Shown one piece after another: positions 38,364 to 50,480 of a stretch of 64,000 nt of DNA (the first letter of the stretch is position 1; every line of letters starts with the position of its first letter). Below the pieces are notes generated by a model. It saw only the letters and a list, made by a program, of their open reading frames with translations. It did no database searches and was not told the origin of the DNA. The DNA is taken from contig OZ249436.1 in NCBI GenBank assembly GCA_965235115.1, positions 10,728,001 to 10,792,000 on the forward strand, given 5' to 3'. The translations under genes and the position numbers were made by a program. The DNA is from Laetmonice hystrix. Its lineage: Eukaryota.

Positions 38364-38571
38364 GTCTGTTCGCTCTAAGAAGAGCTCGACCTCGGCCTCA
38401 TTAAAGCTCTGACCTGCCCCCCTCCTCCCGTCTACCCGCAGCTGGCGTATCACAAGTCATCACCGCCTGTCATTCAAGAATATGACCAAATTTCACGTGG
38501 TTCTGTATTACCCCAAATGAACTAACAGCTTTAATGAGGCCGAGGTCGAGCTCTTCTTAGAGCGAACAGAC
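38364..38571. mobile_element. 208-bp MITE with TATA TSD and Sailor-like TIRs
   Basis: TATA|GTCTGTTCGCTCTAAGAAGAGCTCGACCTCGGCCTCATTAAAGCT (45 bp) and its perfect inverse at 38527-38571, followed by TATA. Confidence 0.9.
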
Positions 38572-39043
38572 TATAGTAAAGACCCATTTTTTACGGAGGC
38601 GTGTATAAAAAAATCTAATTCGGTGAAATAATGATTTTTTTTGTTTCTTTGTACTCCTAAGGACAAAGGCTATCCCCCATAAAAATATTTTGAAAATTCT
38701 AGTGGTCAATCAAATTCCGTCGAACACTCACATTTCCCTTTAAAAGTACTTCTCACCTCTTCCGTGCACCTGCACCGCGTATACAGAAACATGCACTCAT
38801 TACTGTCGTCATATAACTTTTATATCATAATATCGTGACTGACTGACTCTTGGGAAGGACTTCCTTCATCACCTAATAAGACATTAACTGGTTTTAAAGT
38901 CGTATCGGCAGCCATAATGTTGTCTTCAGTTTGGGCGAGGAGCCGGCGCAGACGAATGACGGACTATTCGTGGTGTATGTAATTTAATAAAACAGCTTTA
39001 TTCTCTAGGCGTAAATATTTTGCCATATATGGTATGTTAAATA

Positions 39044-39488
39044 TATGGAGCCCCGGAGGTGACATGCTGAAAATATTTTTTTTAATCCGTGCGCACGGAT
39101 TACTAAACCGTGCACACGGATTACTAAACCGTGGCCATGGTTTAGTAATTCGTGGCCACGAATTACTAAACCGTGCCCACGAATTATTAATTCGTGGCCA
39201 CAAATTAATAAACCGTGCCCACGGTTTAGTAATCCGTGCGCACGGTTTAGTATTAGTAAACCGTGCGCACGGATTACTAAACCATTCACACGGATTACTA
39301 AACCGTGCGCACGGATTACTAAACCGTGCGCACGGATTACTAAACCGTGCGCACGGATTAGTAATTCGTGGCCACGGATTAGTAATCCGTGGCCATGGTT
39401 TAGTAATTCGTGGCCACGGTTTAGTAATTCGTGGCCACAAATTAATAATAATAAATTATTTTCAGCATGTCACCTCCGGGGCTCCATA
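39044..39488. mobile_element. IS3EU-like MITE, copy 2
   Basis: TAAATA|TATGGAGCCCCGGAGG ... CCTCCGGGGCTCCATA|TAAATA: same TIRs as 37978-38351, a different 6-bp TSD and more internal 21-bp units. Confidence 0.9.
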
Positions 39489-39685
39489 TAAATATGTCTC
39501 AGCGTAAGTAATTGTCCACCTCATCACGTCTGCGGTTCAGCAGGTCCCAAACATTTAATGTATAATTACAAGGTAAGTTCAATCGAGGCTAATGAAGTAG
39601 GTTGTAGCACTCGTGTCTTAATAATACATGCAGGCTTGACCTGGTCAGATACATACGGATAGAGTACAAGATACTTTATTCATAC

Positions 39686-39793
39686 CTGCATTACACAGTA
39701 CACAGCCTCGAGAACAAAGACAATACTTGGAAAGAACCAATTTCTTTCAGAACATATAGAAGCGCCAAGGCTGAGTTTCCACCAGCCTTTATA
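39686..39793 (-). promoter_or_regulatory. Candidate TATA box plus short non-coding first exon (possibly of the channel gene)
   Basis: Minus strand TATAAA at 39793-39788, followed about 100 nt later by the donor-like TGCAG|GTATGA at 39686/39685. Motif evidence only. Confidence 0.3.
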
Positions 39794-40506
39794 TGCACAC
39801 AGTCATGGTCCAAAAACAGTTAGCATAGAATCAACGCAGGGGAGAGCGAGAAAAAGTGAGAAAGAGAACGTGTTAGTAAAAAGATTCCTCCCTTGTTCGC
39901 ACAATCAACGCTACTTAGGATAGAATTCCACTTCAGTCCCTGAGACAAGCAGTAAAGACAGCACTGACGTCGGTCCCCGGCGACCTTAGACAACCCGGCA
40001 GAACCACAAATTGTATTATGGACGGGAATGTAAAATGTAATATTACATTGTACGGCGGCCGGCGCAGCCTGTATATGTCTCTGTATTTGATCCAATCTAT
40101 ATGTGAATTAGATTTTTTGTCCTCTGGGCCCTAAATGCCGCCCCCTACAAGGTAAGCATAAATGATGAAATGATACAATGAGGAGTGTCATTTCTGTTAG
40201 CTGTTTTAACGTTTGACGGTCACATCCGGTATTCATGGACCAAATACCTCATGGAAACATGGATGTAGATTACGTGTACGCCCATACGGAGGACATTCAT
40301 CTGTCCCATGTACAATTTGGCTCTGACGAGCTTTTGTCACTGTCATTACGTTAATGTAATTAAATGCGTTTCCATGGCAGGAAAATAGAACTCTAGATCC
40401 CCAGACTTCGGGCGTGATACTCAATTACGCAATTGCGAGATAATCTGTAGTTCCTTTGAAAAAATATCAGAAATAAATAATTTTATCTGCCATTTAATTA
40501 CTGTAG

Positions 40507-40650
40507 GGCCCGGTCTCTGGAAAATACTTAAGTCTGAGTTTCACTCAAATCTACTCAACTCAGGAAATGGAGGATTCACATTGACTAAAAACGTTCTTTT
40601 GAGTAGATTTGAGCGAAACTCAGACTTAAGTATTTTCGAGAAACTGGGCC
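40507..40650. mobile_element. PIF/Harbinger-like hairpin MITE with 3-bp TAG TSD
   Basis: TAG|GGCCCGGTCTCTGGAAAATACTTAAGTCTGAGTTTCACTCAAATCTACTCAA ... TTGAGTAGATTTGAGCGAAACTCAGACTTAAGTATTTTCGAGAAACTGGGCC|TAG. Confidence 0.85.
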
Positions 40651-41138
40651 TAGCAGATACATTGAAATAATTTGAATTAAAGCATCAACGGCATCTCATG
40701 TCCGTTAGTGAGGTTTTCTATGCGACTTCCTTGCGATTTTTGCTTCACTGCTCTATCCGACTTCGAACTCAAATAATGAAACCCATTCTTAGAATTAGGT
40801 GCGAATAACAAGCACAGCGTGGATTCCGTTCTTTAACCCCAGAATCGCACGGAGATCGCAGGGCAAATCGCACCAATGGACAAGATCCTTTATAAGGAAC
40901 TATTAATATCGGCATTCATACCACTTATGGCGTAGTATTAACAAGGTCTAATTATCCCCGGCGGCAGTCTGGTCTCCCAATATTAAACGATAAAGCATTG
41001 CACGCGTGTCTGGCCACAGCGCGTCAGGTCACCAGCTTTGTAATCTAGATGGCTTTAACTTGGCCGGCGGGAAACCACTTGGAGTGCAAGGCCTCGGCTC
41101 CATCTCATTCCGAGAATCCCAGTGAGATCATAAAATAT

Positions 41139-42259
41139 TCCTCGCTACACCGAGGACTGCTGGGCCAGCATGCGCAATGACCCAGCTACAGAACCATCAC
41201 CAGGACCAGATAATTGAAGTAAATAAATTCTCGATACACCAAGGACTGCTGGCCCAGCATGCGCAATGACCCAGCTACAGAACCATCACCAGGACCAGAT
41301 AATTGAAGTAAATAAATTCTCGATACACCGAGGACTGCTGGGCCAGCATGCGCAATGACCCAGCTACAGAACCATCACCAGGACCAGATAATTGAAGTAA
41401 ATAAATTCTCGATACACCGAGGACTGCTGGGCCAGCATGCGCAATGACCCAGCTACAGAACCATCACCAGGACCAGATAATTGAAGTAAATAAATTCTCG
41501 ATACACCAAGGACTGCTGGCCCAGCATGCGCAATGACCCAGCTACAGAACCATCACCAGGACCAGATAATTGAAGTAAATAAATTCTCGATACACCGAGG
41601 ACTGCTGGGCCATCATGCGCAATGACCCAGTTACAGAACCATCACCAGGACCAGATAATTGAAGTAAATAAATTCTCGATACACCAAGGACTGCTGGCCC
41701 AGCATGCGCAATGACCCAGCTACAGAACCATCACCAGGACCAGATAATTAAAGTAAATAAATCCTCGATACACCGAGGACTGCTGGGCCAGCATGCGCAA
41801 TGACCCAGCTACAGAACCATCACCAGGACCAGATAATTGAAGTAAATAAATTCTCGATACACCGAGGACTGCTGGGCCAGCATGCGCAATGACCCAGCTA
41901 CAGAACCATCACCAGGACCAGATAATTGAAGTAAATAAATTCTCGATACACCGAGGACTGCTGGGCCAGCATGCGCAATGACCCAGCTACAGAACCATCA
42001 CCAGGACCAGATAATTGAAGTAAATAAATTCTCGATACACCAAGGACTGCTGGCCCAGCATGCGCAATGACCCAGCTACAGAACCATCACCAGGACCAGA
42101 TAATTGAAGTAAATAAATTCTCGATACACCAAGGACTGCTGGCCCAGCATGCGGAATGACCCAGCTACAGAACCATCACCAGGACCAGATAATTGAGGTA
42201 AATAAATGAACCAGCTACAGAACCATCACCAGGACCAGATAATTGAAGTAAATAAATTC
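41139..42259. repeat. 89-bp tandem array, about 12.5 copies
   Basis: Unit ACACCRAGGACTGCTGGSCCAGCATGCGCAATGACCCAGCTACAGAACCATCACCAGGACCAGATAATTGAAGTAAATAAATTCTCGAT, starting at 41147 + 89n. Confidence 0.97.
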
Positions 42260-43037
42260 AAGCATCGTCATGTTTATAATATTGTTTTTATAATTACAGA
42301 TTACGTCTCACTATCACTGATATTCTCGTGCGCGGATCTTTGGAGGTCAATAATTATTATTATTTGGACCTTAGTGTCAAGCTTATTTCATACGTATTAC
42401 AAACACACAATGGAGACCTCTAAGTATAGCGAGTAATGGTTATACGAGTCCTTGAAGCTCATTTCAGCCCATTGTACATACGTTCACCTGACACGTAGTT
42501 GCTGCATTTTTTTTCATTGTGATTTGAGTAATATGCGCTGCGACTGCTCAGGCTGTGCACAGCCTTTTACATTCTTTAAACGTCTTTGCTTTGTATTGTT
42601 TAAACGCCTTGGCTTGTATTGTTTAAACGCCTTGGCTTGTATTGTTAGAAGAGGCGTTTTTATCCTCCTCAGGAGAGTTTACTTGGGGGAAACATGAGGC
42701 ATAGTTTTCATCTGTTCTCCTCTCCAGGGTGATATTCTCTTGCAGAACCTTCTTAGTGTCCGTGACGTCACACGACCCTCCCTTTGCGCGTAAACTACAT
42801 AAAACCCTGCCCCCACCTACCACGACACAACCACGACACAACTGCGACAGGAATAGGACACGAAACAATCCCATGTTCCACAACAGGGGGCATCACAACA
42901 TGTCAGCAATGATGAGCCTATATTTTAATGCATTTAAAGATAGATTTTTGCCAAATAATAATTATTGTCGTGAACAATACTTATTTTTGTTGTTTTATAT
43001 TGGACAAGACAGGGAGGCTGGGGTTGGGGGGGGGGTG

Positions 43038-43120
43038 CTTCTGCTTCTTCTTCTGCTTCTTCTTCTTCTTCTTCTTCTTCTTCTTCTTCTTCTTCTTCTT
43101 CTTCTTCGTCTTCCTCTTCT
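43038..43120. repeat. (CTT)n microsatellite next to a G run
   Basis: Read directly; explains the poly-L, poly-F and poly-E ORFs. Confidence 0.95.
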
Positions 43121-43900
43121 AACATTGTTTTGGGCTCCCTGTCAGTCTCCCGTCCCGACGGTCTGATATTATGTCTGCCATGGTGTTCTGTCTATCTGTC
43201 GGTCCAGTGTCCTGTCGGAGATGTCTCGGTCTCGTACCGGTCAGACTTTTATAGGAGGTGACAAGGAAAAAATAGTCATTCAGGAGCAAAATACTAGGCG
43301 GAAACTATCCAGGGACAAATAACAGAACTCACTGAAACGCTTATTCACCCATCCCTATAGTGACATTTACTAACATGAAAATTCAACCCTGTACAACAAA
43401 GCCACCAGGGTTCTAGAAACATATTGCAGTCGTCTAGTCCGAAATTATATGAAATATATAGGCTACTTATTGTTTTAGATTCCAGACTCACACTGTGGTT
43501 CTTTGAGGACGGACATTTTACAACTTCTTTTTTTTTTGGGGGGGGGGGGGGGGTTCCTAAGGAGGTTGCAGCCCCCACAACGACATCTACAATTCTACAT
43601 GGATGTATCCGTTTGACCCTGCTGTAACTGTCCATTTACTTGTGACATTTATTGTGCCACAGCCTGCCTAAAAAGTGCTCGGACGGGTTTCCCGATAGCG
43701 CATCAGTTTACTGAGATCAGGCATTAGTTTTCATGGCTTTGTTATCCGCGCTCCTGATGCTGCATGTCCTTTCTGTGGCTGAACCTGTTCCGACCGTTCT
43801 CAGTGTAGCAATAAGCGAGTATTACATTTAGTCCCGGACTGTATGGCACTACAACACGCTTTTAAAAAGCTTCTAATTTGGTGGTTGAAATACTACTTAA

Positions 43901-44393
43901 AGGGGCATGCTATGGAACACGTTTTTGAGGATTTCCGGCAATTATCCAACATGACCGTGTACTAGGGATCCAAGTAAATAATCCTACCACAGCATTTTGT
44001 CCTCCGACGTGTTTTCGCTGCGTATGCAGCACAAGTAGGTTCTATACGACCAAACCTATAGATTTCTCCCGATAGCACATCTCTCGCCATAATTTGGTAG
44101 ACAACCTCCCACCAACCCGTCTAATTGCACACTGTGTGCACTCTCTGCATGTGCTTAGTCACGTGCTTTGTTTAGCTGTAAACAATTCAGCAGTTGCACT
44201 TGACCCAAAAAATATTTTACGAAATCGGCAGAGAAGCGGGCAAGGGAGCTTTATAAACTTCGATTTCTCACGAAAAATGAAACTGATAAGTCTTTTTTTG
44301 TTTACCAAGCAATTTTAATGAAGGATCACTTTATGAAAACAGCAAAAGTTCTTTGAAATACAGATTTTTCACGTTTCCTCATAATATGCCCCT
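43901..44393. mobile_element. Kolobok-like non-autonomous element
   Basis: TTAA|AGGGGCATGCTATG ... CATAATATGCCCCT|TTAA. Confidence 0.78.
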
Positions 44394-44758
44394 TTAAAGC
44401 AAATGACGAATATCTCTTATTTCAGTGACTCCAACATGAAGACGTGGGCTGTTAGGTTAGATAAGGCCTTAGACAGGTAGAAAATGGCGACGTAAAGAAG
44501 ATCTGGAATGAGGAGACTTGAGCGGTGATCCAGGGAAAGTGTTGATATTCCTTACATTGGTGATTCCTAGGGTGCTAATGCCTCTACACAGATTAAGGTT
44601 GATTTTACTTTTAGATATTCGTGATTTGTTTTAAAGTCAAGGCCAGCCAGTGAGTGGCAACTTTAGAATAGCTCCATCAAATCGTCAGATCATTTACGGA
44701 ATCAAAGGACGATAAAAATATAGTCTTGCGACTTAGCATAGTTGCAATCTATCATTAA

Positions 44759-45104
44759 AGGTGCTATTCGTGGGAAAAAGTTTAATTTTTTTATTTTTTA
44801 TTTTGTTGACGTTTATGTGATCCCGCCTATCATGGAAATAGATTCACAACCAAGGAAATTCAAATTTTTCATGGATAACGGCACAAATGGCTCTCTCAGA
44901 AGGGCTGTGGAGACCCTGACATGCCCCCTAGACTCAACCACGGGAGATGGCTCTATCTCGGTGTGCACCGAGATAGGTTTCAAATGCTGCACACAAACTA
45001 ATAGAAGGTTTATCAGGCCAATGGTATCGGTAGGAATTATTTCTAGTACTATGTGCATAATGTATGATAGGAGAAATGCCATTCTGAGCGAGACGAATAG
45101 CCCT
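44759..45104. mobile_element. Kolobok-like non-autonomous element
   Basis: TTAA|AGGTGCTATTCGT ... ACGAATAGCCCT|TTAA. Confidence 0.72.
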
Positions 45105-47184
45105 TTAAAGTAAAAGTATTCGGAAGGAAATGTTGACCTAGAGACGTATTTGAATAAAGAGTTGAGTATGTTATTTTTGGATAACTTGAAACATACATTG
45201 ATGCCTATACTACACACCTTGCAAAGATGATTCTTTGAACAGGATGCCCAAATCCCAAATCCAGTGTGTAAGACGTCCGCATATGTTCATTTGTTGCAGA
45301 AACAGTCTCTAAGACGCTGTCCAGCTGCAAACTGTGCCAACATGCCCATGGCAAACACTTCTTGTTGTCATACACTGACGGGGTTATATCTTATCAATGC
45401 ATGTACTTTTAACAACTATGCATGGAAATTTGAGTCGACCATATACTTGAATATATAATAATTGGCATTTCGAGTGGGGGGGGGGGGGCTTACTGTAGAG
45501 TGCTGATATACGATTCATCCTGGAAATGTTCAAATCATAGACGTACAGGGTATATGTATCACACATATCGGGTACCGCTATTGTTTCAATAGTCTATCGC
45601 CAGGATCATCGCACTCTGGGTATAGGGTTTACAGAAGATCTAATATACGTGGAGGCTCTAGCAAAGAACGGTAATATAATAACATATTATAGGTATATAT
45701 TATATTATATATTATAGTTATATTAGTAAAACATGTAGTAAGAGAACAGTCTAGGTGGGGCGGCACATTATATGTAAACGAGACAAGTTGACCGAGCATT
45801 TATTTGATAGCACATCACAGCCAAGGGCATTATATTGAGTGTGCAGACCACGTCGGCCACAACCAGGGGCATCCTGAGCGGCACCGTGGCTACCACTAAA
45901 CGACCTAAAGTTAATTGACACAATAAGTCGGGAATTCTCAATTGTTACGAGTTCTAACATTGAATTTGGGCGGCGAGACTGTGTGTATACATTGTTCTCG
46001 GGCGACATTTGCGACCCCAATCGCAGGTAATTGACTCCGATACAAACGAGAGCATCCATCACCCAGTCTGAATGCAACCAAGCGATATCTGATTAGTATC
46101 TTCCGCCCGACCTCGGGGGAAGGGGCGTCTAAGCCTTAATATCAGAACCTTTCTTTTCGTAGTCGCTCAGTTGTAAGGGAAACGGAGTCAATAGGACGTC
46201 CTGCTATGACCTTAGTCAGCAAAGTCAGAGATGTATCATTCATACGACAGCAAAAGGCCGGTGCACCTGCCAATTCAAGTCCTTATATGAGGATGAATCA
46301 GGTACCCGAGCAGCGGAAGGTCTGTCTTCAGTCCGGCAAATGCTCCTTTGGACGCACAGGCCATTCACATCTCCGTCTGAAAGGCCGTCAATAGGTGTCG
46401 CCTACGGCACTTCAGACGGAGATAGCGATAGGAGGAGTGGCATGGGTGCTGGGGGCATTCTGAAGACGCTTTAGCCAGAAAGGCCACTGCTATAGTAAAT
46501 GGGCGGGAAAGCATGCTTATTATCTTATTGTTGAGAATTTGAGATTATTTTTCCTGGAAATAGATACGTAGGATATTTATTATTACATCATAGATTAGAG
46601 TCTATAAAAAGTAATCCGATATTGTCGGCCTACGTATATACTATGGCTTTACAGAAGTACTGTTTTTAATGCAGTTGATGACAATACGAAATTATTGGAA
46701 TCTTTAAAATTTAATGGCCCACTGTATACTTGCCGAAGAGAGTGATTATAGCTGTATAGCTGTTTGGGTCACGTAATATACTGATGTGGGGAACTATTAT
46801 GTTCTGTGCGTAGGTACACAATAGTCCGGGCCAACACGGCGTTCAAATATACAGTGGACCTTTAAAATTTGTCGGTGGCATTATTTCACAAGAACCTTAC
46901 TAATATGGGCCGTAAACTTGTGACCGTGGCGAAGACTCAGAATGACTGATCACTAGGCTCAGTCCCGAGGTTACAAACAATTATTGAAAGTGCTGTTCGA
47001 AGTCAAATGTCTACATTTCCAAGGTGTTATTGTAGGCTCTTCCTTTTCCCCAACGCCTAAAACAATATATTTGAATTTTTTGTTTTGTTTTGTTTGCTGG
47101 TTGACCATGTTTCTTGGGTAAAACCATCAACCATTCACAAATCAGTAAACCACCCTTAATATGCCTATCACAAACCTCATTTAA

Positions 47185-48067
47185 AGGAGAAGACCAGTCA
47201 AAAATCACATTTGGACAGCTGCAAGGCCTCTATATATACTCACCTTTCAGAGTAGTGGTTGGAAATAAATGTCCCTCTATTCCAAGAAGTCATATATTGA
47301 ACATGACAACCGTGTCAAAATCACTGGCTTCAGCAGCGCAGCCATTTGTTGCTATTGGGCTGACCGGAAGTGACGTTCCAGGGCTAATCTATTGCGTGCC
47401 AGGGCTAGGCTATACTAGGCTAAAGGCAGCCGAGGCGGGTGGCAAATCGACGGGGGTCAGTCCCACAGTCACAGTCACAGTCACAACTAAACGCAGCAGG
47501 TCTGTGCTGACCATGCTGACACTAGCTGCCATTGCTCGCGGTCGTAGTCAGAGTGGCGCCGGGCCTCAGGGGCCAAGCTCCCGTCAACATCACACGCATG
47601 CACCAATCCAAGTGGGACGAATGCAGGCGGCCGAAACCCACGGCTGCCCAGATCCGTGTCCACCCTGATATGTCCCCTGACATTAGTAGGCTTTTCCTAG
47701 CCATTCCTCATCACTATCGATGGTTTTCGTCTATGTTCTAACAAAGTTTGCTTATAAGTTGTCAACGTTCGCTGCCTTCCAAATCGATCAACGCAACAGG
47801 TGCGTCAGCTTTTAGTTCCTCCCAAACTGGAGAGCAGTCGTGCTGCGCATGCTCGCCTAGGGCGAGCATGCGAACTTTGAGATTAGCCCAAGGAGCAGAC
47901 GGTGAATGGCGGCCTTCACCAGCTGAGCAGGTTGTAAGAAGCCTCCGGCACTAAAGTGCCTATATCTTAACCATCTGAGCACCAATTGTGTTCAAATATT
48001 TTTTAACTTGCTTAGAATATCACGGCATGTGTGCCTGGCCTGTACAGACTGGCGATGGTCTTTTCTT
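47185..48067 (+). mobile_element. 883-bp Kolobok-like non-autonomous element, copy 2
   Basis: TTAA|AGGAGAAGACCA ... TGGTCTTTTCTT|TTAA; near-identical inverted copy at 25195-26074. Confidence 0.9.
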
Positions 48068-48423
48068 TTAAAGTGATGCAAAATCATTTTGATGAGGATT
48101 CTTCCCACTGCAAATCAAGCGATGAATGTGTAGATCAATAGAAAATCGTCAAACGATGATCAGCCACCCTTCTATTGGGCCGTAGTGACCGTGGTCCCGA
48201 GCCAGCTGTGGATTAGATCTCGGTGTTAAGTCTCTGACAGTCTGTGGGAGACGCAGCCACCAAAAGAAATGTGGTAAACCAGGCAGCAGGTGTCTACAAC
48301 CTCCCTACTCCTGCTACAGGTCATTCCCTGCCATTACCAACGCCTGGACAGATTATAACACTTAACAGACCTAGTACGACCCACTCATCGACTGACGTAG
48401 TAGTACACGGCGACCAGACGGGT

Positions 48424-48979
48424 ACGAGACAATAAAATACACGTAATTCCGGTGCAAATATTTCACTGCGTGGTTGCGTGTTGGTTGACGTATACAAGAC
48501 AATAAAACACACGCACTTCCGGTGTGAATATTTCACAACGTGGTTGCGTGTTGGTTGACGTATACGAGACAATAAAACACACGTACTTCATGTGTGAATA
48601 TTTCACAACGTGGTTGCGTGTTGGTTGACGTATACGAGACAATAAAACACACGCACTTCATGTGTGAATATTTCACTGCGTGGTTGCGTGTTGGTTGACG
48701 TATACGAGACAATAAAACACACGCACTTCCTGTGTGAATATTTCACTCCGTGGTTGCGTGTTGGTTGACGTATACGAGACAATAAAACACACGTACTTCA
48801 TGTGTGAATATTTCACTGCGTGGTTGCGTGTTGGTTGACGTATACGAGACAATAAAACACACGTACTTCCTGTGTGAATATTTCACAGCGTGGTTGCGTG
48901 TTGGTTGACGTATACGAGACAATAAAACACACGTACTTCCTGTGTGAATATTTCACTCCGTGGTTGCGTGTTGGTTGAC
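48424..48979. repeat. 70-bp tandem array, about 8 copies
   Basis: Unit TACGAGACAATAAAACACACGYACTTCMTGTGTGAATATTTCACWNCGTGGTTGCGTGTTGGTTGACGTA; period 70 (TTGGTTGACG at 48481, 48551, 48621 and onward). Confidence 0.96.
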
Positions 48980-50480
48980 ACACGCGCATAGATCCGCATC
49001 CTCACACATTTTGACATACAGCCGACACAAGGACGGAGACAGAGGGAGGGTCACGTGACTCCAACATTTTGTTTGATCCGTGTTGTAAGCGGTCTCGGCC
49101 TATGTCCGCCACTTGATTCATGATTGAACGCTTGAGTTCTCTCGCCATATGGTTCCGACCCAGACACATTTAAAACCGAGTCTAAATTCGAATCAGTGAA
49201 GACGATGCGGATGAAGATGCGGATCGGCGGAGGGGTTCAAAGGGGCAAGAACCCCATAGTTCTTTCTCCTGTCTTCATAATAATTGAGACTTGGATGCCT
49301 TTTTGCAATGTTTTCCTGGTGGAAGCCCTCTATCGGGTATCCTGGACCCGCCTTGGGATTTACTGTACTACAGAATTCCCGGAATTTAGCACACGGAATT
49401 TAGTGCAGTGAAGTTTGACTTCACCTCATAATGAAGTGGTGGCATGTGTAACTATGAATATTTCATAACCATTATAATCTGATTTAATTTTCAATGAATC
49501 TTCGCAACGATGTTTAAAAAATAGACTCTGATAATAATTAGCATACTAATGATAACCGTTTTAATAATTAACTAATAGTTATTTATTTCGTTTCGGTCGT
49601 CAATTTCTCCGATCTAAGCTAGCCAAAAATATTACGGGTTGGATTTCCAGACCTTGTAAGCTCAATGCTGCGTGCCAAGCTTGATTTCTTTGTCCATATA
49701 GTAATTCAAAATTCTTAGTTTTGGCGAGGACTTTATCAACCTGAAAAATCTTCTCTCAGATGAAATTATTCATAATTAGGCCTATTGTGTTAAAACACTT
49801 CCGTGTGAATGAAGCTGTAATACAATATGAGAACTATTCTTGTTAAATTCTGAACAAAATTATTCTCTGCTGTAAGCTCTCAGCTCGAATAAAGTTGGTC
49901 GAAAGGGGCTAGGCCTCTCATTTGGCATTTCTTGTACATACTACGTGTATGTATATAGTAGTTGCGAAAATTAGGCCTACGTCTGGCATGCTAAACTAAT
50001 GATCTAAATCACTGGCATTCTTTTACGTTCTTTACAGGATATTATCCCCATTCATTTTGTCCCTCGGTTGGCAGCTCAGATTTTCTTATCCCTGATTAGA
50101 TGGACGCATGCAAAATATGCCACGAGACTATTGATATGAATAACACCTCCCCATATACCCTCGGTCAAAGCATTAAGCTAAAAATCTATACTTGAAAAGA
50201 CATGGGGATATTTTTAGTGGGGCCATGTCTCCTATTCGCGCCCCGAGATTGCCATGGAGGATGACAGAGAGGGTTGTGGGTAATCAGAATTGTGCGCGAC
50301 ATGAACGCCATCCCAAGTCGCACGGGGACTGTCTGATCATGGGACCAAGGCAGGTTGTCAGTCGCATATACGACAATGCCGTAATAAGATGCAGCACAGT
50401 TATTTGATACTGAATCGATTGTCATGCGGGTCCCAGAGGAAGGCTGGCACGGCGGGCTCAGCAGAGCTGTGCTCGGCCAA

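Noticed and set aside
37925..39507. HGLVIRA / PCARFSN repeat ORFs
   Set aside because: Translations of the 21-bp repeats inside the IS3EU-like MITEs.
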